From: Myxococcota bacterium
Lineage (GTDB): Bacteria; Myxococcota_A; UBA796; CAJQPC01
NCBI GenBank assembly: GCA_036229005.1
Contig: JAZAMN010000031.1
Coordinates: forward strand, 229,647-293,646
Length of the DNA: 64,000 nucleotides
Reading direction: 5' to 3'
Under the pieces are notes generated by a model. It made no database searches. It was given only the letters and a program-made list of their open reading frames with translations, and was not told where the DNA came from. Shown here piece after piece: positions 10,620 through 19,137 of this stretch; position 1 is the stretch's first letter, and each line of letters begins with the position of its first letter. The position numbers and the translations under genes are program-made.

Positions 10620-13600
10620 GTGTCCCAAGAGCCACCTGCTGGAGCCCCCATCTCGGGAGAGCCCCCCAAATCGGACCCTGAGAAGAGGGAAGCGCCTGCC
10701 GGGGCAGCGCCAGCGCAGCCCCAGCCCACCCCGCCTGAGCCCACCCCGCCCGAGCCCACCCCGCCCAAAGCGTCGCCGCCCGAGCAGGCCAAGCCAAGTC
10801 CTCTTCCAGCTCCAGAGGTGAAGCCACTCTCCCTGCCCCGGACGATCAAGGGAAAGTGGAAGCGGGACCTGCGACTTGGTGGAGAGCTGGTCGGAAAGGG
10901 AGAGGTGAAGCTCACGGCATCCGGGATCTCGGTCAGAGGCCGGCGGAGCTCTCCCTTCCGGACGGCCATCTGGGGCGCGTTCTGGCTGTCCTGGTGGTTC
11001 TCCTTCTTAGCCAGCGGACTGGCGGGGCTGATGACCGTCATCGGAATCGCGAACCGAAGCCAGTCCCTCGAGGTGGCCCTGACCGGGGCCACCTGCATCT
11101 TCCCAGTCATCCTGATCGGTGGTCTCTTTGCCCGCTGGCTCGCGCGCCGGCTCCTGGAACCCCCCGTACGTTGGACCGTCCCCTGGGGAGACGTGACCCA
11201 CCTCGCAGCCGGCAACAAGGACCTTGACCTCAAGGTGCTCGTCGGTGGAAACACCTGGATCGGGCGGCTCTCCCCTCGTCGAAGTGCCTATGTCAGCCAG
11301 ACACTCGCAGGCATCCGAGCGGGCGCTGTCCCCCAAGGTCAACACGCCCGGGGCTGGCATCGCCCCGCGCTCATCGACAAGCTCCTGCTCGTCGGTGTCC
11401 TCGCCGGACTGGGCGCTGGAGCGTGGAAGATCGAGCCCGAGCTGCGGCGCTACCTGCAGACGGCCGACGAGGCCCGCAGTGGCCCCCTCGCTGGCATCCC
11501 CGATCCAGTCTCAGATGGAGAGCTGCTCCCATTCCAGGCAAGCTGTCCGGCCCGGAGTGGGCAGGACCAGGTGCACAACCGAAGGGCAGGGAGCACCCTG
11601 GTCATCGACGCGAAGGGGCTCCAGGGGAACCTGCTGCACCTGCGCTGGCAGGCTGGCAGCAAGCGGATCCAGTTGGTCGAGTCAACGCCAGCGCGCTCCA
11701 CCCAGCTCGCTGGATTCTTCACCAGTGAAGGGCAACTGGCCATCACTCTGCATGTCCCCTCGAACAACACGGACGCGGTCAAAGCCCTCGTCGCTCGCGG
11801 TGATCTGGAGGATGTACGCACCGCTTGGTGCGCCGGCCTGGTCACCTCGTACGACATCACCCAGACCCTGCGGGAACAGGGCCGGGTCGAAGCGACAAGG
11901 CAAGGCGACGACCTGAACATCCAGGTCAGCGGCGTGGGCCCCCAGACCCACGCGCTGCTGGTGACCCGCTGGCTCCCCAGCTCCGGCCCCGACGATTTCC
12001 AGGCCTGCGCGCTCCCTATCGAGGGCCAGACCCTGGGACTGTTGAAGGCCTACCCCGAGCGGGACCTCAAGGGCTTCTTCGACGACCCAAAGGAGCGCGC
12101 GCGGGTCTACCTGGTTGAAGTCGCCAAGGCCCCTCCAACCAGCGCCATGGTCGAGGGAGGCAAGCTGCAGCCTTGCGCAGTGCCACACTCCTTGCAGCTC
12201 AGCGGGGCCGCCACGGCGTGGACGGCAACCCCCGAGGTCCTCGGCTCCAACACTGTCCGAGAGCGCGCGCGCCAAGCAGCCAACACGCCACCGATGGTGC
12301 CCATGACCACCAGCACCACGGACCTCGTGGATGCAATCAGCGGTAGATATGCCCAAGTCTCCGAGGAGCTCCGAGCGGTGCACCTGAGCCCCTCCCAGCA
12401 GCTCGAGCTCAACCGAGGCTTCCTCGACGCGGTTCCCTGGAACCCTGTGCTGGAGAGCGCCTCATTCTCCCGGAGCCTCCCCCACCTCGAGGTCCTCCGA
12501 CAGCGCCTGAGCGGCAAGGACCCCAGCGGGGAGATGGGCGAGCTCTTCCTCCTGGGCTTTGCGGAGGCCTTCCTGGCCAACGTCCCTCTTCAACCCCGGG
12601 ACTACGCGGCCCGGGTAGAGGTCGGCGAGGCCTGGATGAAGGTCCGGGCAGGCACACTGTGGACCCTCAATGGCCGCAGGGTTCGGGTTCCTGACGCCAA
12701 GACCGCAGCCATCTACCAGTTGGTCGGGAGGTACGTCCTGGTCGACGTCGCCCGGCATCTGGAGCGGGACATCAGCGCAGAGGGGAGTGGCGAGGTCCCT
12801 CGGGAATACCGGGCCCTTGCGACCCGGCTGGAGGCACACAAGATCCGGATCGACCCCAAGAAGTCCACCTCCACAAAGGCGGTCGAGGCTTGGCTCAAGG
12901 GGGACTTCGAGTACCTGGCCAACCGCGCGCTCAAGAAGGCCGGCGAGGGGCTGTCAGACCAACAAGCCAGCGTCTCTGCCGCTTGGCAGGCCTCCTACGA
13001 GATCAAGGGGACCGGGGGAGACCGCGAGCGGCGCTACGCTTCCCTTGTTCGCAACGGTCGACAGATCGGATGGGTCGCCCAGTTCACGGGGCGAGGGAAT
13101 CGGCTTCACTACATCCCTGCGGCCCAGGTCCCTCCCCGGAAGGATGCCCTCACCCGACACACCGGGAGCCCGCTGCTGCTCGCGACCGCAGGCAGCTACG
13201 TCACTGCGGACGGAGTCACCTCCGGGCTCTCGGTCGTTCAGGGACAGGTCCAGAACTACCTGATCAGCCACCAGATGGACGGGCTCGTGATCTTGCACCC
13301 CAGCAAGGGGCTGACCCTCTTGGACATGGAGGTGGGGGGCAAACTCCCCGGAACCCAGGAGACGATCCAGCCGCTGCGCTCGCTCGCTGACCTCCAGGTG
13401 CTCCTCTCCTGGTTGGAGAAGGAGCGCGCCTCCGCCTTTCAGACCCACCTGCTCGTCGCACAGGGCGGGTTCACCATCGACGAAGCCACGGCAGCACCGG
13501 ACCTTCGGGAGAGGCGGCTGTTGGTCGAAGCCAGCTACAAGCAGTCCCCGCTGTACGCGATCGTCGACCTGCCGAGCTCGCCCGCAGTGACCCTCTTCGA

Positions 13601-13796
13601 GGCAACCATCATCGCCAAGAAGGCGCTCGAGACCCCCGAGGCCAGGGGCGGCCCGGGCTGGACGGTCTCCGGGATCGCCAACCTGGACGTCGGCAGCTTC
13701 GACATCCTGGAGGCATGGGACCAGCGAGGGCGGAACGTACGCTCGGGCCGCGTGCCCCTGGAGAACGCACACAACCTCCTGGTGGTGTCCCAATGA
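10620..13796 (+). CDS. Large membrane-anchored hypothetical protein with a probable divergent phosphodiester-glycosidase-like C-terminal domain
   Basis: 1058-aa ORF with GAGGAGG RBS; Pro-rich N-terminus; three TM segments; C-terminal MDGLVI, FQTHLL, RERR and ANLDVG motifs. Confidence 0.7.
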   Translation: MSQEPPAGAPISGEPPKSDPEKREAPAGAAPAQPQPTPPEPTPPEPTPPKASPPEQAKPSPLPAPEVKPLSLPRTIKGKWKRDLRLGGELVGKGEVKLTASGISVRGRRSSPFRTAIWGAFWLSWWFSFLASGLAGLMTVIGIANRSQSLEVALTGATCIFPVILIGGLFARWLARRLLEPPVRWTVPWGDVTHLAAGNKDLDLKVLVGGNTWIGRLSPRRSAYVSQTLAGIRAGAVPQGQHARGWHRPALIDKLLLVGVLAGLGAGAWKIEPELRRYLQTADEARSGPLAGIPDPVSDGELLPFQASCPARSGQDQVHNRRAGSTLVIDAKGLQGNLLHLRWQAGSKRIQLVESTPARSTQLAGFFTSEGQLAITLHVPSNNTDAVKALVARGDLEDVRTAWCAGLVTSYDITQTLREQGRVEATRQGDDLNIQVSGVGPQTHALLVTRWLPSSGPDDFQACALPIEGQTLGLLKAYPERDLKGFFDDPKERARVYLVEVAKAPPTSAMVEGGKLQPCAVPHSLQLSGAATAWTATPEVLGSNTVRERARQAANTPPMVPMTTSTTDLVDAISGRYAQVSEELRAVHLSPSQQLELNRGFLDAVPWNPVLESASFSRSLPHLEVLRQRLSGKDPSGEMGELFLLGFAEAFLANVPLQPRDYAARVEVGEAWMKVRAGTLWTLNGRRVRVPDAKTAAIYQLVGRYVLVDVARHLERDISAEGSGEVPREYRALATRLEAHKIRIDPKKSTSTKAVEAWLKGDFEYLANRALKKAGEGLSDQQASVSAAWQASYEIKGTGGDRERRYASLVRNGRQIGWVAQFTGRGNRLHYIPAAQVPPRKDALTRHTGSPLLLATAGSYVTADGVTSGLSVVQGQVQNYLISHQMDGLVILHPSKGLTLLDMEVGGKLPGTQETIQPLRSLADLQVLLSWLEKERASAFQTHLLVAQGGFTIDEATAAPDLRERRLLVEASYKQSPLYAIVDLPSSPAVTLFEATIIAKKALETPEARGGPGWTVSGIANLDVGSFDILEAWDQRGRNVRSGRVPLENAHNLLVVSQ

Positions 13797-14629
13797 CGCT
13801 CCTCTCGATCTGGCTCTCCTGTGCGAGCAGTCCGACGGCGCCCCCGCCTGCCCAAGAGACCAACACGCTCGCCCCGCCGCACCTGCAGGCACCACAAGTC
13901 ACCAGCACGAACCTTCTCGCAGAGGGGCCCGAACTGGTCTTTTGGGAGGTCGCGTGGAACACATCGAGCGACCGCGGCGTCGCCTGGGTGATCGAGCTCC
14001 CGCGAGCAGTCTCCCTCGACCTCGCCCACTCGGCTGGCGTCGCGCACCTCGAAGACGCGCTCGACCTGACGAGCACGAGGGCTGCCATCAACGGCGGCTT
14101 CTACCAGGACAACGCAGCGATGGGGCTTGTTCGCCGTGAGGGAGAGACCTTCACACCGCTCTCCCCGCGAGGCGGCAGCGGCGTGCTCTTCCAGGGCCCA
14201 ACCCCAGCATTGATCACCCATAGGGACGCCTGGTCAGGCCATGGCAGGATCGCGCTCCAGTCCATCGACCGACTGGTGGACGGCCACTCGAACCTCGTGA
14301 CGGGGCGCCCGGGAGCTCCCCGAGCGGCTCGCTCCGCCGTCGCCGTCCATCAGGACAGCGTCAGGTTCGTTCTCGTCGCCTCCGAGTCCAGCATCCAACA
14401 GCGGGAGAACGGCGTCCAACTGCACCAGACCGGCGGCTTCGGCATGACCCTGTGGGAGTTCGGCGAGTTCCTGGTTGCCCAGGGAGCCACCCAGGCCCTG
14501 AACCTGGACGGTGGCATCTCCTCGGGCCTCTGGGTGCAGACTGGCGCCGACGACGGCTTCCTGGTCCGAAGCCAGTCCGGCTCCATCAACGCTCTGACGA
14601 CCCGGAGTCGTGCCAGCCCCCAGCCTTAG
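13793..14629 (+). CDS. Phosphodiester glycosidase (NAGPA-family) lipoprotein
   Basis: AAINGGFY, ARSAVA and ALNLDGGISS motifs; ATGA overlap with the upstream gene. Confidence 0.82.
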   Translation: MTLLSIWLSCASSPTAPPPAQETNTLAPPHLQAPQVTSTNLLAEGPELVFWEVAWNTSSDRGVAWVIELPRAVSLDLAHSAGVAHLEDALDLTSTRAAINGGFYQDNAAMGLVRREGETFTPLSPRGGSGVLFQGPTPALITHRDAWSGHGRIALQSIDRLVDGHSNLVTGRPGAPRAARSAVAVHQDSVRFVLVASESSIQQRENGVQLHQTGGFGMTLWEFGEFLVAQGATQALNLDGGISSGLWVQTGADDGFLVRSQSGSINALTTRSRASPQP

Positions 14630-14704
14630 CGCGCTTCCGTCGTCAACCCCCGCCGCCGGCCAATGCGAGGCCGCGATCCCAGCCAACCCGCCACCTCGCG
14701 CGCG

Positions 14705-14734
14705 TTGACACCACCCCCGTTCCACAGCTACCTT
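14705..14734 (+). promoter_or_regulatory. Putative sigma70-type promoter
   Basis: TTGACA-N18-TACCTT, 38 nt upstream of the ATG at 14773. Confidence 0.5.
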
Positions 14735-14772
14735 CCTGCCCGATCCACCGCCTTCCCAAGCCCGGAAGCCCC

Positions 14773-15927
14773 ATGCGCGCCCTTCACGTCCTCCCCATCT
14801 TCGGCTTCGGCCTCGCCGCGCTCTTTGCCACCGGCTGCGGCTGCCGGAACACCGAGCCCGTCGAGCTCGTCGAGCCCACCCCCGAGGATCCCCACGACAT
14901 CGGGCAGTACCTGTCCATGGGCGTCTACGACGGCCAGCCCGCGGCGGCCTACTACGACCGCACCAAGGGCGGCCTGACCTTCGCGATCGGCACCCTGGAC
15001 GGCGACACGGTCCGCTGGGAGGAGGAGCGCATCGACGGCTTCGTCGACTCCGAGGGCCTGGATGTGGGCGACCGCGGCAAGTACACCTCGATGCTGGTGG
15101 ACGGCACGGACGTCTGGATCTCCTACTACGACGCGACCAACGGGAACCTGTTCTACGCCCGCCGCGCCGACAAGGATGACTGGGAGAGCGGCTTCGCCGA
15201 CTCCGGTGGCGGCTCCACGCCCCACGGTGGGCGCTTCTCCTCGCTGGCCATGGGCGCCGACGGCTACCCGGCCGTGGCCCACTACGACGTGAACAAGGGG
15301 CAGCTCCGCCTGGCCCGCTGGAACGGCAACGGCTGGTCCGGCTCCGTGCTCGACGAGGGAGAGGACTTCATCCCCGGCGAGGGCGACACCGCCCTGGAAG
15401 AGGTCGACGCCGACGTGGGCAAGTACGCCCGCCTCGAGGTGGTCGATGGCACCGAGTACATCGCGTACTACGACGCCGCCAACGGCGACCTCAAGCTGGC
15501 CACCGGCAGCGGCAGCGACTTCAGCGTGGAGACCGTGGCCTCGGAGGGCAACGTGGGCTCCTGGCCCTCCATCATGGTAAAGGGCGGCGAGGTCCTGATC
15601 GCCTACCAGGACATGACCAACTGGGATCTCGTGCTGACCCGCGGCACGCCCGGCGGCCCCTGGACCACCGAGGTGATCGACGACGGCGAGTTCCGCGGCG
15701 CCGACACCGAGATCTTCGAGAACGGATCCTACCCGGGCATCCTCTACTTTGACGGGTCGGACAACAACATGATGCTCGCGACCTACGACGGCTCGCAGTG
15801 GGCCACCCAGGTGCTCGCCGACGAAGGCGGCCTGGGCTTCCACAACGAGACCATCGTGATCGGTGGCACCCGCTACGCAGGCTGCTACGACTACACCCGC
15901 CGGACCATCCACTTCCAGTCCCTGTAG
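14773..15927 (+). CDS. Lipoprotein with repeated beta-propeller-like blades
   Basis: ATGC lipobox; repeated G.Y.S.....ISYYD...G.L..A units. Confidence 0.75.
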   Translation: MRALHVLPIFGFGLAALFATGCGCRNTEPVELVEPTPEDPHDIGQYLSMGVYDGQPAAAYYDRTKGGLTFAIGTLDGDTVRWEEERIDGFVDSEGLDVGDRGKYTSMLVDGTDVWISYYDATNGNLFYARRADKDDWESGFADSGGGSTPHGGRFSSLAMGADGYPAVAHYDVNKGQLRLARWNGNGWSGSVLDEGEDFIPGEGDTALEEVDADVGKYARLEVVDGTEYIAYYDAANGDLKLATGSGSDFSVETVASEGNVGSWPSIMVKGGEVLIAYQDMTNWDLVLTRGTPGGPWTTEVIDDGEFRGADTEIFENGSYPGILYFDGSDNNMMLATYDGSQWATQVLADEGGLGFHNETIVIGGTRYAGCYDYTRRTIHFQSL

Positions 15928-15945
15928 TCGCCCCGGGAGCTCCCC

Positions 15946-17010
15946 TTGATGCTGCTCGCCCTGGTCTCCGCCTCCTGGGCGGGCACGCTGACAGTACACA
16001 TGCTCGACGTCGGGCAAGGGGACGCGATCCTGATGGAGACCCCCGCGGGGGACACCATCCTCATCGACGCCGGGCCCAAGAAGGCCAAGGTCTACCAGCA
16101 GCTCAAGACCCTCGGGGTGGATGAGCTGGACCTGGTGTTCGCCTCCCACGCCCACGCCGACCACATCGGCGGCATGCAGGACGTGGTCGAGAACCTGCGC
16201 GTGCGCGAGTACATCGACTCGGGGATGCCGCACACCACCCAGGGCTACGCGAACCTGATGCGGGCGGTGGCGGACGAGAACATCCCCGCCCGCCGCGCGA
16301 TGGAGGGCGAGGTCATCGAGCTGGATGACGGGATCCGCATCCACGTGCTCTGGCCGGGTCAGAGCTACCTGCGCGGCACACGCTCGGACCTGAACAGCAA
16401 CTCTGTGGTGCTACGGGTGGAGCATGGTCAGGACTGCATCTTGCTGATGGGCGACGCCGAGGAGCCGACGGAGCACAAGCTGAACCAGCAGGGGCTGGGC
16501 CCCTGTGGCGTGCTCAAGGTGGCCCACCACGGCTCGGACCACAGCACCTCGCCGGCATTCCTGCGTTCTGTGCAGCCGGAGATCGCCCTGATCTCGGCCG
16601 GTGTGGACAACCGCTATGGCCACCCCGGTGAGTCCACCCTCCTGAACCTGCAGCGCGCAGAGGCAGCCATCTACCGCACCGACTTCTGGGGCACGGTCAC
16701 CCTGGAGTCCAGCGGCAAGGGCGTGGAGGTCGTGGACGGGCGCCCCTGGTGGGAGCCCGGAGGCGCAGCGGTCAAGGAGACGGTGGCGCCGATCGCCCTC
16801 CACGACACAGGCCCGGCCCCCCTGCCCAAGCCGGCTCCCGCACCTGAGCCGGCCCCTGCCCCCGAGGCCCCCCCCGCTGTCGCCCCCGCCGCCCTGTCCG
16901 GCGTGCGGAACGTGGACCAGCGGGCCCAGGATGATTCCCCCCAGCCCCAGGGTTGGTGGGCCCGACGCCGACAGCGCCGCCAAGAGCGACGCAAGGAGAG
17001 CTCCCGATGA
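15946..17010 (+). CDS. Exported ComEC/Rec2-type metallo-beta-lactamase-fold hydrolase (no membrane channel domain)
   Basis: LDVGQGDAIL, SHAHADHIGG, NSNSVV, GDAE, KVAHHGS and NRYGHP motifs. Confidence 0.9.
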   Translation: MMLLALVSASWAGTLTVHMLDVGQGDAILMETPAGDTILIDAGPKKAKVYQQLKTLGVDELDLVFASHAHADHIGGMQDVVENLRVREYIDSGMPHTTQGYANLMRAVADENIPARRAMEGEVIELDDGIRIHVLWPGQSYLRGTRSDLNSNSVVLRVEHGQDCILLMGDAEEPTEHKLNQQGLGPCGVLKVAHHGSDHSTSPAFLRSVQPEIALISAGVDNRYGHPGESTLLNLQRAEAAIYRTDFWGTVTLESSGKGVEVVDGRPWWEPGGAAVKETVAPIALHDTGPAPLPKPAPAPEPAPAPEAPPAVAPAALSGVRNVDQRAQDDSPQPQGWWARRRQRRQERRKESSR

Positions 17011-17552
17011 AGCGCCTGATTCCCCTTTTGGCCCTGCTCTTGACCCTGCTCGTGCCCGGCGTGGGCTGGGCGGGGGTGAACGTGAACACCGCGACAGCCT
17101 CTGAGCTGGAGAGCCTCCCGGGCATCGGCCCCAGCAAGGCCGCCGCGATCGTGGAGTACCGCAGCGCCAACGGCGCCTTCAAGGACCTCTCCGCGCTCGA
17201 CGCCGTCCCGGGCATCGGGCCCAGCACCCTGCAGAACATCGCGCCGCACGTGGAGTTCGGTGAGGGCGGCGCGGCTCCGGCTGCGGATCAGGCACAGGTG
17301 ACCTCGTCGGCGCCCAGCAGTGCAGAGACGCCCGCAGCACCCGCATCCCAGAGCGGTGCAGGCATCAACATCAACGCCGCGAGCGCCGCTCAGCTCCAGT
17401 CCCTCCCCGGGATCGGCGCCGCCAAGGCCCAGGCCATCGTCGACGACCGCAACGCGAACGGCCCCTTCGCCTCCTGCCAGGACCTGACCCGCGTGAGCGG
17501 CATCGGCCAGGCCACCGTGGCCAACATGGGCAGCGACTGTCGCGCCGAGTAG
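17007..17552 (+). CDS. comEA: ComEA-family DNA-binding protein with two helix-hairpin-helix domains
   Basis: Signal peptide; two VNVN/ININ.A...L..LPGIG..KA.AI units; ATGA overlap. Confidence 0.88.
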   Translation: MKRLIPLLALLLTLLVPGVGWAGVNVNTATASELESLPGIGPSKAAAIVEYRSANGAFKDLSALDAVPGIGPSTLQNIAPHVEFGEGGAAPAADQAQVTSSAPSSAETPAAPASQSGAGININAASAAQLQSLPGIGAAKAQAIVDDRNANGPFASCQDLTRVSGIGQATVANMGSDCRAE

Positions 17553-17568
17553 ACCGCGGCGCCCAGGC

Positions 17569-18318
17569 TCAGCTCAAGCGCTTGAGGGCCTGGGCGACGA
17601 TGTCGGAGGCCTTCCCGGCTCTGGCCGGTGACCCGGTGACCGGTGCTGAGGCCCCGTCCCGGGGGAAGAGGTTGCGGTGCTTGGCCTGGAGGGGGGCCAC
17701 GCGCTCAGCGGGGAGCGGGACCGGACCGCCGAGCTGCCGGGCGACCAGGGAGATGCGGGCCAGGTGCTCGACCAGCTCCATCCGCAGAAAGCAGGTCTCC
17801 AGGTCAGGCCCCACCGTGAGCACGCCGTGGTTGGCGAGCAGCAGCGCGTCGGCCTCCTGGAGTGCGTGGTCGATCTGGGCGTCCAGGTCGGGTTCGCCGG
17901 GCATCCCGAAGGGCACCAGGGGGATGCGGGAGCCCAGGGACACCACGGGCTCGGCCATGAAGGGCGGCGGGAGCTCCTGCTGACAGACCGCGAAGCCGGT
18001 GGCGGTGGGCGGGTGCGCGTGCAGGACCGCTCCAATGTCGGGCCGGGAGCGGTAGGCGGCCAGGTGCAGCTTGAGCTCGGAGAAGGCCTTACGGGTGCCC
18101 TGGATCAGGCTGCCGTCGTCGTCGCTGACAACGATCAGCATCTCGGGGACCACGGCGCCCTTGGAGACCGCGGTGGGCGTGGAGAGGAGCTGGCCCTCGG
18201 CGTAGCGGACGCTGAGGTTGCCGTCGTGGTTGGCGACCCAGCCGCGGGCGTGGACCAGGTTGCTGTAGTGGACGAGGTCGGCGCGGAGGCCTTCCTGCGG
18301 TGTCGCATGAGTTCGCAT
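17569..18318 (-). CDS. Class II aldolase/adducin-family protein with a C-terminal extension
   Basis: GNLS, TPT, SELKLH, HAHP and LLANHG Zn-binding motifs; the real start is ATG 18318, inside the long shadow ORF. Confidence 0.92.
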   Translation of the reverse strand: MRTHATPQEGLRADLVHYSNLVHARGWVANHDGNLSVRYAEGQLLSTPTAVSKGAVVPEMLIVVSDDDGSLIQGTRKAFSELKLHLAAYRSRPDIGAVLHAHPPTATGFAVCQQELPPPFMAEPVVSLGSRIPLVPFGMPGEPDLDAQIDHALQEADALLLANHGVLTVGPDLETCFLRMELVEHLARISLVARQLGGPVPLPAERVAPLQAKHRNLFPRDGASAPVTGSPARAGKASDIVAQALKRLS

Positions 18319-18393
18319 GTCGGCCAGCCTACCCCAGCGCAGGCCCTGCTGTGAGAGGATAGGCGCCGAACAACCACTCACCGGAGGGGAGCG

Positions 18394-19137
18394 TTGAGCA
18401 AGTTCCTCAAGGCCCTGGCCAAGATGAAGCTCGTCGAGCTGGATGAGCAGGAGCTGGAGACCCCCAGCAGCCACGATGGCGACCAGGACATCGACAAGAT
18501 CCTGGCCGAGACCCGCGCCATGATGGGTGAGACGGAGACCCCCGCTGTGGAGGAGGAGGCTGCGCCCGATCCGGAGCCGGTCGCCCCACCCCCCCAGGTC
18601 TCGGTGCCGGCAGAGATCCAGGAAGGTCGTGCCTTCGAGGACATCTACGCAGAGGCGGGCGTGCCCGAGTCCCCCTACCCCGCCGAGCAGATGCTCAAGC
18701 TGCTGGACGGGCTCAAGGCCATGGGGCCGCGTGAGCGCAAGATGGCCGTGATGGCCATGGACGCGGCGGATGACCGGTGGACCATCGCCGACCCGGTCCT
18801 GGACGCCCAGCGCAAGATCGACAGCCTGCGCTCTGAGTCCGCGCGGCTGGACGCCTTCGCCGAGAAGGCCGAGGCGGAGGCCCAGGCCGGTCTGCAGGCC
18901 CAGGAGGACTACAAGTCCGAGGCCACCCAGACCATCCGCAAGCAGATCAGCGAGCTGGAGGCCCTGCTGGAGGAGGAGCTGCGCAAGGTGGCCGAGGAGA
19001 AGGCGTCCATCCACCTGAAGCTGGAGTCCACCCGCGGCGCGGTGACCCGCGAGAAGGCCCGCTTCGAGGCCGAAATGGATAGTCTCTTCACGCTCTCCCA
19101 GACCTTCGGAACCGACAACGAAACGGAGGCCAACTGA
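18394..19137 (+). CDS. Hypothetical cytoplasmic coiled-coil protein
   Basis: GGAGGGGG RBS before TTG; FEDIYAEAG segment then long heptad-like helix; abuts the next gene. Confidence 0.8.
   Translation: MSKFLKALAKMKLVELDEQELETPSSHDGDQDIDKILAETRAMMGETETPAVEEEAAPDPEPVAPPPQVSVPAEIQEGRAFEDIYAEAGVPESPYPAEQMLKLLDGLKAMGPRERKMAVMAMDAADDRWTIADPVLDAQRKIDSLRSESARLDAFAEKAEAEAQAGLQAQEDYKSEATQTIRKQISELEALLEEELRKVAEEKASIHLKLESTRGAVTREKARFEAEMDSLFTLSQTFGTDNETEAN

Noticed and set aside
3363..10628. 2421-aa minus-strand ORF, and similar long antisense ORFs (35160-39152, 43284-46751, 59176-61821, upstream parts of 17569-20790 and 25101-28856)
   Set aside because: Shadow frames opposite well-supported genes, expected from strong GC3 bias; no motifs. 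Only the 3' ends of two of them are real genes (aldolase, gloA).
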